A stretch of 46,745 bases of DNA from positions 1 through 46,745 of IMG/VR virus record IMGVR_UViG_3300009481_000001; one strand, 5' to 3'. Position 1 is the first letter of the stretch, and every line of letters starts with the position of its first letter. Shown one piece after another: positions 34,674 to 43,841 of the stretch. The translations under genes were made by a program, and so were the position numbers. Below the pieces are notes generated by a model. That model had not been told where the DNA came from. It made no database searches and saw only the letters and a list, made by a program, of their open reading frames with translations. The stretch is from a virus.

Positions 34674-34865
34674 TCAAACACTAGTAGCTCCATCAATTGC
34701 GTGCTCGAACAGTTTCTTTACATTACACAGCCAGTCCTTTTCAATACGTACCATGTAGTCGATTTCGACCTTACAGTCTACGTTATCTATAGAGAACTCA
34801 ACAACTAAGACGAATTGCCCCGATGGAACATACGCGGTATGCGTATCTATTCCATAGGAAAGCAA
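34674..34865 (-). CDS. hypothetical protein (63 aa)
   Basis: ORF track. TTG start with AAGGGA close upstream. Confidence 0.4.
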   Translation of the reverse strand: MLSYGIDTHTAYVPSGQFVLVVEFSIDNVDCKVEIDYMVRIEKDWLCNVKKLFEHAIDGATSV

Positions 34866-34888
34866 GATCCCTTAGACGATGTCATCCA

Positions 34889-36142
34889 TCATGAGAACAG
34901 GCCCTTCTGCTTCGGGGTAACAAGCGGGAAGTTCGAGATCACTGACTCCTGTCGTGCTCCCCGAGACTCAGCGTGGCCGAGCGTGTAGTCCACGTCTACG
35001 TAATTGACTTGGAAGTCTCCCTTTGCAGGCCCGAACCATTTCATGTACTTATCGCCAGCCTTATTGCTGTTGGTCATGAGGACCTTGTTGCCAGCCTCGT
35101 TGATCTTGACCATGGCCTCAGCGAGTTCCATGTGCCACTCGTCTGGGAACTTCAGGGCGTAGCCTTCTGTTTCTAGGTATGGAGGATCAAGGTAGGTGAA
35201 CACATCACCAGCGGCCACACGCTTGAGCGAGTATCGGGTGATGATGTCTCGGAAGTCGGCGCACTCGATCCAGACCCCTCGAAGCCTACGTGCTGCCCGC
35301 TTGAAGGTCTCAGGGCTCGCCTTGCCCGGGGAGGAGTGAGCGGACCCGGCGTATGGCTTCCAGACCAACCCATTGTAGCTATTCAAGGAGAGGTAGCCGA
35401 ACATGACGGCCCACTCAAACTCGTTGCGGTGAGCATACTCCCTCTGGAACCACCGCTGATAAATACGCGAGGATGGCAGTGCGTTGATTGCGTCAGCAAG
35501 CTCGTTAGGCCACTGTGAGCACACGCGCCAGAAGTTGATCAGCGCCTCGTACTTGTCGTTTACGACCTCGACCTTAGAGGGCTTCTTACCGAATAGAGGC
35601 TTCATCGATCCGCCGAACACTTCGACGTAGGTGTGGTGCTCAGGAAACCGAGCAAGGAGCCACTCAAGCATCTTCGACTTGCCACCCATCCAGCGGATCG
35701 GGGAAGCGCACGGAGGCTCGGGATCTTTTTCCTGAGGAAGAACCTCCCACCCGAGACCCGCCAGTGTCCAGTGCGGAAGGTCTGAGATACCATCTGGAAT
35801 AACGATCCCCCACTTCGACTCCCCGATCGTGACATCGACCGAGAAGGACTCAGCGGGTGTACCGCGTGGCGCGATGATGGCAGTCGGATCCGTGGGTCGA
35901 AACCCAGGCTCACGACGGTCCTTCATGCTGTCGATCTTCTCGTCAAGATCAGGCATTTTCGACTTGACGGTCCGCGAGCTATAAAGACGAGGACTGCCAG
36001 CACGGCACGAGAGCTTGTGTGGTACGAGACCATCGATACTGGTCTGTAGCAGGAAGGACGGGACCCCCATAGCAGAGGAGATCGCTTCCGCGGAGTACTC
36101 GTTACCGTCGGAAACGTATGCTACGATTTCAGCTTCAAGCAT
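34889..36142 (-). CDS. DNA N6-adenine methyltransferase (Dam/D12 class) with an N-terminal extension of about 140 aa
   Basis: IRWMGGKSKML, VEVFGGSMKPLF (AdoMet motif) and YLDPPYLETEGY (DPPY motif). The N-terminal 55 aa look winged-helix-like. Confidence 0.8.
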   Translation of the reverse strand: MLEAEIVAYVSDGNEYSAEAISSAMGVPSFLLQTSIDGLVPHKLSCRAGSPRLYSSRTVKSKMPDLDEKIDSMKDRREPGFRPTDPTAIIAPRGTPAESFSVDVTIGESKWGIVIPDGISDLPHWTLAGLGWEVLPQEKDPEPPCASPIRWMGGKSKMLEWLLARFPEHHTYVEVFGGSMKPLFGKKPSKVEVVNDKYEALINFWRVCSQWPNELADAINALPSSRIYQRWFQREYAHRNEFEWAVMFGYLSLNSYNGLVWKPYAGSAHSSPGKASPETFKRAARRLRGVWIECADFRDIITRYSLKRVAAGDVFTYLDPPYLETEGYALKFPDEWHMELAEAMVKINEAGNKVLMTNSNKAGDKYMKWFGPAKGDFQVNYVDVDYTLGHAESRGARQESVISNFPLVTPKQKGLFS

Positions 36143-36362
36143 TTAATAGATCCATATGGTTCATCAACGACTCGACCATTACTGCCTTACGGAAAAGAAT
36201 ATAGTCAAGAAAGACCGATTGACCTAGGATCCTGAGCCTGGGAGGGTGACATCGAATATGACATCCTTGCTGTGGTATAAGCTCAGACCTCATGTATCCA
36301 ATGTTCTTAGCAGCCGTATAGCTGTTGAACTTCTTAGACCCGTCTCGGAGCATGCACTTCAT
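36135..36362 (-). CDS. hypothetical protein (75 aa)
   Basis: ATG at 36362 (MKCMLRDG...) overlaps the stop of a small upstream ORF (ATGA). The ORF-track GTG at 36386 is the alternative start. Confidence 0.5.
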   Translation of the reverse strand: MKCMLRDGSKKFNSYTAAKNIGYMRSELIPQQGCHIRCHPPRLRILGQSVFLDYILFRKAVMVESLMNHMDLLNA

Positions 36363-36478
36363 TGTATAGGATCTCCGTCGTACCACTGAAAGCCCTTACT
36401 CGCAAATATGTTTTCAACACCTGCATACCTAGCGGGAAGAAATACTGGCGTTTTCACTTTAGAACTTCTCCACCACAT
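36359..36478 (-). CDS. small ORF (39 aa)
   Basis: Not in the ORF track. Translation is MWWRSSKVKTPVFLPARYAGVENIFASKGFQWYDGDPIQ. The stop overlaps the downstream ATG (ATGA). Confidence 0.3.
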   Translation of the reverse strand: MWWRSSKVKTPVFLPARYAGVENIFASKGFQWYDGDPIQ

Positions 36479-36534
36479 TGGCTTATATGGTACTTTGCCA
36501 CTTTCGGCATTGATCCATAATGATTCTTTGAAAT

Positions 36535-36753
36535 TCATCGAATCCAGATCCGCATGTTCGGGTGGCAGTCAACCTGAAGCGGGCCTTCTGGAGTTTCCTT
36601 CATGCACACGACATGAGGTCGCTCCAGGCACATTCTAAGCTCGGAATCACGCTTGCTATCGATTTGGTTGTGGTTACTGATCGAAAAGACCATCCACAGG
36701 ATAGCGATCAGCGTAATCAGGATCATCCAGTCGGTCTTAGTCATCGTCGCCAC
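36535..36753 (-). CDS. small membrane protein (72 aa)
   Basis: ORF track. N-terminal transmembrane segment WMILITLIAILWMVFSI. Confidence 0.55.
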   Translation of the reverse strand: MATMTKTDWMILITLIAILWMVFSISNHNQIDSKRDSELRMCLERPHVVCMKETPEGPLQVDCHPNMRIWIR

Positions 36754-36929
36754 ACTCCATCCTTCGATCCTGGTCCATACGCAACGCGCCTGCCGTCGAT
36801 CGCTGCTATATAAGCAATATTATTACACTTGATTACACCTAGCAAACTATTCTTATGCGCCGCCCTAAGGGTATGTCGGCTGGTGCATATGTAGCACTTT
36901 ATTCTACTACCATCCCTGAGAACCCTCAT
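36741..36929 (-). CDS. hypothetical protein (62 aa)
   Basis: ORF track. ATG overlaps the primase-helicase stop (ATGA). Confidence 0.45.
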   Translation of the reverse strand: MRVLRDGSRIKCYICTSRHTLRAAHKNSLLGVIKCNNIAYIAAIDGRRVAYGPGSKDGVWRR

Positions 36930-39900
36930 GCCGCCTCCTCAGGTTGGTACGTAGCTTCAAGCCATCGTCGAAATTGGTCAGTCTTGATAAAAGATCCTCG
37001 CCGCTCGATAAGGCAATCAGAGTACAGCGTAAGTGTCGCCATCACCTCCTCAAACGAAGGCTTATTCTGCACGTCCTTCGTTACCTGCCATGCGGTAAGC
37101 AGATCGTTGCGACGGACTGAGCCGCGGTTAATGAGGATACGAGCGAAGGCTGGGCCGCCGAGCGCATGAAGCGCAATCTTGACATCGTCACTCTTAATGT
37201 TCCCGTGTCCGATCGCGCTGGCTATCTTCCACTCTGGAGTAGAGTACAGGTCCTTGATGTAGTTTTCAGCCACCTTTACGTGGTCCATGGTCACGAGAAC
37301 CTTATCATCCTTGCGAGAGAAGCTCAATGCAGCAAACGCTGATGCAAACCTTCCTACCTTCCACCGAGCCTCAGTAGGCTCTAGGGTTGGTAGATTCTTA
37401 AACATCTTAGCGAGTCTTTGACCAGCGTCTGCGGCTGCCTGTGAAACCTCAATGCTCAGATCAGGCTTCTGTGTCCATGCCCAACGAATGTGCTCCTGAG
37501 CGATCTCCTGTGTGTAAGTGATCGGCTCAGGAGTATGGTCGAAGTTGGGTGACTCAAGCTTATATACACCGATCACGGACTCGAAGCGAGCAAGGTCCGC
37601 AGGCTTCTTGATAAGCTCCCGGATGGCGTACAGGAGCGAGTCATACTGCGATAGTCGTCTACTCCCCTTCGGGTTGGTCGCCATGATCATCCGGAGTGCG
37701 GCAGAAGTTCGCCTAGTGCCGCCAGCGATCGATCGCTGCGCTACGCCAGAGGAGCGGATACCTGTGAGCTTACCGAAGATCCCCGTCTCGATCAGTTCAT
37801 CAATCTCGTCAAGGAACGCGAGCCCGCCATTCTGCATAGGCAGTGATCCCCACGCGAAGACCTTACCCGCTGAGCCATAGTCACTCTTACCTCCGACCAG
37901 TCCAACATACGACGCTCCCTCAGCATCGATCATTGAGCCTGCGCCGAAGTGCTTGATCATCAGACTAGCAGCAGTGGTCTTGCCCTGACGTGAATCTCCC
38001 ACAACTAGAAGCTCGGGTGAAATCTTTTGATTGTCTCCCCCGAACATCTTGAATCTGATTGGCATAAAGAACAGGAGCAGGTACGCGAGCAGCATTGTCC
38101 GCTGGTCGTAGATCCTAGTGACGCCAAACTCCATATCTCTAAGGATACCTGAGACTGCTGCCTCTGTCCCGTTTTCACTATTCTTTTCGAGAAAGGAAAT
38201 TGTGGAGGCCGACATGGTAGCTGAGTGGATTGATCGCTTAGCTGGTCTGATACGTGTAGCGATCATGGTAGCTTGCGAATTCATCGGGTCCGCACAAATC
38301 TTACCGCTTACCGTAACAGCTTCATTGTCTCTAGGGATGTCGTCTCCCAGGTAATGAACCGGGAAGATGAAGTGTCGTGAATCAGACCAGTCGATACCCT
38401 TTGCCTCGCTATCCGGGGCCAGCAGTACAGGCATAACACGAGACCGCGTGTACTCAAACTCAGGGTGCGGGCAGCGTGGAGGGATACCCAACAGGTCGTC
38501 TCTCAGGCGCTTCTCCTGCCTGGACGGCGCGTTTCCTGAAAGTGTGATGATCTCATGTGGCGGCACCTTTACCGCTCGCTCGAATCCAAAGCTAGGAAGC
38601 TGGCACTTAGAGCAGTTTGGGATCTTGTTATCTACCCCAAAGTCACACTTAACTGTACACCCACTAATGACAAACTTTGCACTACTGGTCCCGCCCGCTA
38701 CTACAGCATGCATCTGAACTGGTCGTTCGGCAAGCTCTACATCATGCACTTGACTGAATGAAATATTGGTAATCTCCTGGTCGCCAGGGGAGGTGACATG
38801 TCCGTCACGCGGCAGTGACCACCAGTCAGAGAAGTCGAAGTTACGACTCCTGTAGTAGTCATTTACGTCCCCGAACGGAAGTCGTACGATTCGCACTTCC
38901 CCTGCGACTCCGTACAGTGCGTCTGCAAGCTTTACGGCTCCCTTTCGACCGGCTTGGTCCGCATCCAGCGCGATGTCCACGCTGAGACCTTTGAACTTGC
39001 TGAGCCACCCACGCACGAATGATGATTCGCCACCAGTAAATGTAACAGCGGAGATACCGTTGGAGTTGAGTAGAATCGCTTTCAGTTCCCCGCCAGTTAT
39101 GCAGATCCATGGGTTAGGCGCTCCAACATCTTCAATTGCCGTTACTGCGAAATTCTCGACCGACTGGCTTGGGTATAGATTGTTCTTATTGTGCTTCGAT
39201 ATGCCAGTGACCTTGGACCCGCGCTTTCCTACCTTGCGGCAGGTACCAACGTCCCATACCTCAGTGCGGCCGAATCCACCGACCTTGAATACGCTACCAG
39301 CTTCGTTCCTCCACGCACAGTTTGCGCGCATTATATCGTGCTTACGTACGTTAACGACTCGACCCGCCACTGAGACGGGAATCATCAGACGTTGCTCCTG
39401 GCTGCTCCATCCGAGCTTGAATGTGCGGACTGCTTCAAGCGTAACTCCGTAGTGCTCACGAAGCTTTGTAAGTACAGAAGAGTTACCCTCTAGTCGTGAC
39501 TGCCAGTATGGAATTCGATCTAGGTACTTCTGAGGAATCTGCTCGTACCGAGACTCAATGCGCTCCTCTGCCCGCTTCTTTCTATCAGACTTTTCATTGC
39601 GAAATACTGGAGGAGGTAGGTGGAAAGATCCGCCGAGCCACTCTGCGATTTGCCGTAACGCTTCTCGGAAATCTACGGAGCGTAAGTGCTGCCATGCTCC
39701 GATAAGGTCCGCAGTCTGACCACATCCCTTGCATTCGTACCCGCCGTGCTTCGCACCGATACAGAGGCTTGCGTGTTCGTCATCGTGGTGCCAGCATCGG
39801 TAAAGCCAGGTATCAGAGACGCGCTTACCCTCCTGTCCAGATAGTTCATCGTAGAATACATTAACGCCACGGTCCAGAACGCGCGCCTTGATATCCTTCG

Positions 39901-39994
39901 CGTCAAGCCGTGGAGCTTGCGGTCTGGTAGGCGCAGCGAGTGAAGCCGCCGTTGTAGTCTTCCCGAGAAGACGTTGGACAAAATCCAAATCCAC
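36926..39994 (-). CDS. DnaG-type primase (CHC2 zinc finger plus TOPRIM) fused to an MCM-like AAA+ helicase
   Basis: Zinc finger: CWHHDDEHASLCI...YECKGCGQTADLIGAW. TOPRIM: ITGGELKAILL ... DIALDADQAGRKGA. Walker A: LLVVGDSRQGKTT. Walker B: GGLAFLDEIDEL. The segments GVAQRSIAGGTRRTSAALRMIMATNP and ADLARFESVIGV parallel the MCM AMEQQTISIAKAG...AAANP and LLSRFDL blocks. Confidence 0.75.
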   Translation of the reverse strand: MDLDFVQRLLGKTTTAASLAAPTRPQAPRLDAKDIKARVLDRGVNVFYDELSGQEGKRVSDTWLYRCWHHDDEHASLCIGAKHGGYECKGCGQTADLIGAWQHLRSVDFREALRQIAEWLGGSFHLPPPVFRNEKSDRKKRAEERIESRYEQIPQKYLDRIPYWQSRLEGNSSVLTKLREHYGVTLEAVRTFKLGWSSQEQRLMIPVSVAGRVVNVRKHDIMRANCAWRNEAGSVFKVGGFGRTEVWDVGTCRKVGKRGSKVTGISKHNKNNLYPSQSVENFAVTAIEDVGAPNPWICITGGELKAILLNSNGISAVTFTGGESSFVRGWLSKFKGLSVDIALDADQAGRKGAVKLADALYGVAGEVRIVRLPFGDVNDYYRSRNFDFSDWWSLPRDGHVTSPGDQEITNISFSQVHDVELAERPVQMHAVVAGGTSSAKFVISGCTVKCDFGVDNKIPNCSKCQLPSFGFERAVKVPPHEIITLSGNAPSRQEKRLRDDLLGIPPRCPHPEFEYTRSRVMPVLLAPDSEAKGIDWSDSRHFIFPVHYLGDDIPRDNEAVTVSGKICADPMNSQATMIATRIRPAKRSIHSATMSASTISFLEKNSENGTEAAVSGILRDMEFGVTRIYDQRTMLLAYLLLFFMPIRFKMFGGDNQKISPELLVVGDSRQGKTTAASLMIKHFGAGSMIDAEGASYVGLVGGKSDYGSAGKVFAWGSLPMQNGGLAFLDEIDELIETGIFGKLTGIRSSGVAQRSIAGGTRRTSAALRMIMATNPKGSRRLSQYDSLLYAIRELIKKPADLARFESVIGVYKLESPNFDHTPEPITYTQEIAQEHIRWAWTQKPDLSIEVSQAAADAGQRLAKMFKNLPTLEPTEARWKVGRFASAFAALSFSRKDDKVLVTMDHVKVAENYIKDLYSTPEWKIASAIGHGNIKSDDVKIALHALGGPAFARILINRGSVRRNDLLTAWQVTKDVQNKPSFEEVMATLTLYSDCLIERRGSFIKTDQFRRWLEATYQPEEAA

Positions 39995-40332
39995 TAGTCA
40001 GTGAACTCCACGTCGGACATGCCTTCGTACACGGGGATCTTGTGAAACATAGCGTAGTCGATCTCGTTACGCATGCCATTACTGATACGACCCGGAAGGA
40101 AGCGAAGCTCGTCACACTTAAGGAGCAACTTCTGATCGATCTGGATCCCAATACGCCGTTCATCAGGGTCGCCCTCGTCCAACCAGCCACGAAGGACGCA
40201 GTAGAACGGGAAGTCTACCGTGTAGCAGTCGAACCAATCGCGGACAGTTTCCGAGAACTTGAGCGCCTCGACGCAGTTTGCTTCCGGGTTACCCGAGATC
40301 GGAGCGGCGATGTACACGCGCTTTTTCTTCAT
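39994..40332 (-). CDS. nucleoside 2-deoxyribosyltransferase-like (DUF4406-type) protein (112 aa)
   Basis: VYIAAPISGNPE ... SNGMRNEIDYAMFHKIPVY fits the Rossmann-like pattern of this family (from memory). Confidence 0.5.
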   Translation of the reverse strand: MKKKRVYIAAPISGNPEANCVEALKFSETVRDWFDCYTVDFPFYCVLRGWLDEGDPDERRIGIQIDQKLLLKCDELRFLPGRISNGMRNEIDYAMFHKIPVYEGMSDVEFTD

Positions 40333-40592
40333 AGCGTGTAACCTCTCTTTCGATCTTCATCGTTATCAGGTTCGAAGAAGAACGTGTTGTAGTTGTCGTT
40401 TATGATATATTTGCCCGCCCAGGCGTCCTTCCACGACATCCACTCTCCAGTCTTTTCGATGAACCACTCGTAACGAGACGGATAGTCTGTATCCATCCAG
40501 CCATCGGTGTATATAATGACCTCGGAAACCGAGGATGTGTTGAACGTACTAGACTCGCATTCCTCACCTGTATTAATATGTCTACATTTCAT
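40329..40592 (-). CDS. hypothetical protein (87 aa)
   Basis: ATG at 40592 is preceded by a strong AGGAGG SD 4 nt upstream. The ORF-track TTG at 40628 has no SD. Confidence 0.6.
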   Translation of the reverse strand: MKCRHINTGEECESSTFNTSSVSEVIIYTDGWMDTDYPSRYEWFIEKTGEWMSWKDAWAGKYIINDNYNTFFFEPDNDEDRKRGYTL

Positions 40593-40766
40593 GATACCTC
40601 CTGGGCCTTGCACCCATTCGTAGGTCAATTTGGTTTATGTATCCTGGGGTCACCCATACCCCGCTCACTAGTCAGCAGACTTTTACTACCACCTCGCATT
40701 GGCTTATTCTGTCCCTGTTACTACTCGTTCCTTCGCCGAGCGATCATGTATTCATCCAGCATGTAT

Positions 40767-41714
40767 TCATACATGACGAATCACACCTTCCGCCTCGTGC
40801 CCCGCTTCTCCCAGGACCTTGATGGAGTCGTGGTCGCGGAGGTTCTTCGCCTCGGTCAGCAGCCACGCCTGCTCCTGGGCGGCGATGGGGGCCACCTTGA
40901 ACTGGAAGATGCCGACGTTGTTGCCGCCCTTGTTCGCGGTCGTCCACGAAATGTGCCAGAGGCACGCCTCGATCGGCCAGTTCCCGCTCGGGTGAATCTT
41001 CTTGATATCAGCGAGAGCCTTCTCCCACTCGGGGAACGACGACGTGGTCAGCCTAAGGATGACGGGACCCGGGTGGGTGTAGCCGTTCGCATCAGCGGGC
41101 TTGCCGTACCACGTGGTACCGACCGGAAGCTCGTACGTCTCGTACCACCACCGGTGGTCGACCGGGTCCTTGTCGGAGATCACGACGTACTCGCCGTTAT
41201 CGTTGGCGACCTTTGCCACGCCAGCGCAGGAGATTGCGATGCTGATGGTCTGGTTGCACGCCTTACCAGCGCGCGGCTGCCCGTCCTGGCCGATGGCGGT
41301 CCCCCACTGGAACTTCGAGCACTTCGCGCACTTGCGCGTCTGAACCCCGTTTCCATCCTTGATATCGCCGATCCCGATCACGCCGTCGTTCGACTTACAC
41401 GAAGGCTTGTCAGCCTGAGCGTTCTCGAACCACGCGTTCGGCATGGCGACGTTGACGACCGTGGCGATGATGGACCCGTTGGACGGGAGGCGGGCGATGA
41501 CGTCCTTCTTGCGCTTGACCTTGACGTCGCCGTCACGCGTCGCGCTGAGGATGATCATGGGGAACTGAGACCCCGTGGACAGTTCGGCAGCGGCCGGAAG
41601 CTGGAACATGTCCGCGAACTGGGACAGGAAGTCGGGCATCGCCGGAAGGTCGGTTCGACCGGTCGCTACCGGAAGGTTGTCGTTGGCGCCTGGAGGAGGG
41701 GGGAGGTCGGGCAT
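40767..41714 (-). CDS. hypothetical Cys-containing protein (315 aa), possible ssDNA-binding or annealing partner of the adjacent exonuclease
   Basis: ORF track. High-GC island. Abuts the exonuclease gene at 41714. The function is inferred from context only. Confidence 0.3.
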   Translation of the reverse strand: MPDLPPPPGANDNLPVATGRTDLPAMPDFLSQFADMFQLPAAAELSTGSQFPMIILSATRDGDVKVKRKKDVIARLPSNGSIIATVVNVAMPNAWFENAQADKPSCKSNDGVIGIGDIKDGNGVQTRKCAKCSKFQWGTAIGQDGQPRAGKACNQTISIAISCAGVAKVANDNGEYVVISDKDPVDHRWWYETYELPVGTTWYGKPADANGYTHPGPVILRLTTSSFPEWEKALADIKKIHPSGNWPIEACLWHISWTTANKGGNNVGIFQFKVAPIAAQEQAWLLTEAKNLRDHDSIKVLGEAGHEAEGVIRHV

Positions 41715-42679
41715 TACATGTATTCCTTTACGAAGTCCGGTATCTCCATGACCGGCTCTGGGGTTGAGTCAGTAGGCCAGCAGGAAGTCCTGAACCTACA
41801 GGTGTCACAATTGTTCTTACCTTGCCCTTCGTAACGCTTTACGGACGGGTAAGGTCCACTACGCGCGTTGTCGTACCACGCAGCAAGGCGGTCGGCGTTA
41901 CGAATGAGGTGGTTATGAAACGGTGTCGTGAACAGGATCTCGCCACGAAAGTCGCCCTTCGCGTTCTTGATCGATCCGTCCTTGTGGTACGAGTTCCTAC
42001 TAAAAGGAAAAAGGTGACCATACTGGATCTGCCCATACCACTCGGGCTTGATCTCAACGTACTTACCTGCGTATCGTTCACGCAGTATGCTCGTCAGCGT
42101 GTGGCGCTCGCGGTTGGGTACGTCTAGGAACCCGTAGCACCCTTGGTCTAGAATGGCTCCGTACCACCCGCACTGGTTCTCTTCGTGCATATCTGGCACG
42201 ACGGACTGAGCGGATACTGATTTACCGAACAGGCCGAAGGCCTTACCGTCTAGGATGCCGAGCTTGCCGTCGAGCATCGCTAGGAAATCCATTCGACCGC
42301 CACGCTCAACGTCGTGCGTCGATCGAATCTCTACTTCGGATGCTACGATCGTAATGCCGGTGGTAGGGAACCACGTACGGAAGTGGAATAGGACCGTTCC
42401 AATGCGGTCCACGAGGATGCCAGCATCCTTCGCGCTGAGCCAGACCTTACCAGTCCTTCGCTGCTCCTCTGTTACGGCGGCTGCTAGAGCATCTTTAGCG
42501 ATCGAGTCTTCGTCGCGAGAGTCACCCTTGAATTGTGACTCCATCGCGAGCGCGATTGCTACTCCACCGACCGTGTAGATGTTTCCGTCCGAAGGCTCGC
42601 TCACATTGCGTCGAGCGTACTCCGGGCAGCCCATGTAAGCAATGATCTCGCTTAGGCGAATCGGCGGTTGTTCGTTCAT
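41714..42679 (-). CDS. Cas4/RecB-like PD-(D/E)XK exonuclease with Fe-S cysteine cluster
   Basis: N-terminal Cys (YMGCPEY), the core RMDFL...LGILDGK, and a C-terminal C-x2-C-x5-C (CDTCRFRTSC). Confidence 0.7.
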   Translation of the reverse strand: MNEQPPIRLSEIIAYMGCPEYARRNVSEPSDGNIYTVGGVAIALAMESQFKGDSRDEDSIAKDALAAAVTEEQRRTGKVWLSAKDAGILVDRIGTVLFHFRTWFPTTGITIVASEVEIRSTHDVERGGRMDFLAMLDGKLGILDGKAFGLFGKSVSAQSVVPDMHEENQCGWYGAILDQGCYGFLDVPNRERHTLTSILRERYAGKYVEIKPEWYGQIQYGHLFPFSRNSYHKDGSIKNAKGDFRGEILFTTPFHNHLIRNADRLAAWYDNARSGPYPSVKRYEGQGKNNCDTCRFRTSCWPTDSTPEPVMEIPDFVKEYM

Positions 42680-42731
42680 GCTGCTCTCGCGCCGCCTCCC
42701 TGGTCATGAGGTCGCGTTAGGTGGTAAGAGG

Positions 42732-42760
42732 AGTGTAAACCCCCGTCATCCCCCTGTCAA
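42732..42760 (-). promoter_or_regulatory. sigma70-like promoter TTGACA-N17-TACACT
   Basis: The -35 is at 42760..42755 and the -10 at 42737..42732 on the reverse strand, in the gap between 42782..43204 and the exonuclease gene. Confidence 0.6.
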
Positions 42761-42781
42761 CCCTTTTCTAAGTGGTTGATA

Positions 42782-43204
42782 TCACTCAGGTTTTCCGCCT
42801 CGCCTCAGGCTCTCTACCTCCCGCCGGAGGCTATCGACCATACCCTCAAGCTCTGCTACCCTCCGTGATAGGGACCTTTCGGACTCCCTGGTGCTCTTAA
42901 GGTCCTTCATTAGTTGTGCGTTCCGAGCCTCGGCATTGTCTACTAGTTCCGAGAAGATATCAGAGACCTTTTCCGCAACACCGAGGGCGGCAGTGGACCG
43001 CTTAGCGTCGGCGGCGGCATGCTTAAGGTCTGCTTCAGCCTCTTCGCTCGGGGATGGGATTAGGCGAGCGAGTAGCGCAGGACCGATCTTCTGACCTCCT
43101 AGTACTGTAGCCACGCCCGTAAGTAGGGCGATAGCTAGGTCTAGAATCTCGTTGCCAGTCGTCGGCATCCGCTCGTCTTCTACTCTTATCGCTAGTGCGG
43201 GCAC
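42782..43204 (-). CDS. membrane-anchored coiled-coil protein (140 aa)
   Basis: GTG start with GGGGAG SD. Transmembrane-like ILDLAIALLTGVATVLGG, followed by heptad-like sequence. Confidence 0.55.
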   Translation of the reverse strand: MPALAIRVEDERMPTTGNEILDLAIALLTGVATVLGGQKIGPALLARLIPSPSEEAEADLKHAAADAKRSTAALGVAEKVSDIFSELVDNAEARNAQLMKDLKSTRESERSLSRRVAELEGMVDSLRREVESLRRGGKPE

Positions 43205-43232
43205 GATCTCCCCGTGTCCCCCACCCGGTTAG

Positions 43233-43841
43233 TTAGCTCGCCAGTACGACTGCGTCAAGCGTAGCCGCTTCGTATACGTATGCAGACCACCACCCCACGA
43301 TACCCGCGCTCGCGCCACCTGCGATGACCGAGATCGAGTACCACGAACCGTTATCAAACTTTGCAGACAGAGAGTTACCACCATCAGCAGCGACACGAGT
43401 GTCCCAGTACTTCGGAGTGCCGCCGTTCCGAACATCGAGTGCAGTCCAGAACGTAGTTGCCGCGGCGAGCGGGTCTGGACTGATGCCGACCTCGACAGTA
43501 CACGCGGCTGCCGGGTTGGTCGTCACGTTGATCGTGTTGTAGTCCATCCACAGGTTCTTGCCTGTGAGGTTCCTTACGTTGTACATGCCGCCGGGCGTAA
43601 CGTCAGACGCGACGAGCGCTCCACCGATCATCCACCCCTGTAGAGGGGACGTATACTCAGCAGTCACAGACCTCGGGACCATGTCAAGCTGATGCTTGCC
43701 GCCTACGGTCTTAACTACGATACGGGAGCCCTCCGCAGCAGAGGAGTGGAGAGCTTGATCGCCGATAGACCTGGACTCCTGCATCCCGGTCTCGGAGTCG
43801 AGCCACCAGTAGGGTCCGAGCTTGGTGTCTTTACTTGCCAT
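43233..43841 (-). CDS. hypothetical beta-rich protein (202 aa)
   Basis: ORF track. 11-nt overlap with the upstream gene. Confidence 0.6.
   Translation of the reverse strand: MASKDTKLGPYWWLDSETGMQESRSIGDQALHSSAAEGSRIVVKTVGGKHQLDMVPRSVTAEYTSPLQGWMIGGALVASDVTPGGMYNVRNLTGKNLWMDYNTINVTTNPAAACTVEVGISPDPLAAATTFWTALDVRNGGTPKYWDTRVAADGGNSLSAKFDNGSWYSISVIAGGASAGIVGWWSAYVYEAATLDAVVLAS

Noticed and set aside
40745-40770. 11-nt direct repeat CATGTATTCAT x2 at the stop of the 315-aa gene
   Set aside because: It is short and AT-rich, overlaps a stop codon, and has no further copies. It is likely chance or a minor slippage duplication.
40578-41834. 418-aa plus-strand ORF
   Set aside because: Antisense shadow of the high-GC 315-aa gene. 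It crosses two gene boundaries on the other strand, has no SD, and its translation is R/L/G/D/V-rich.
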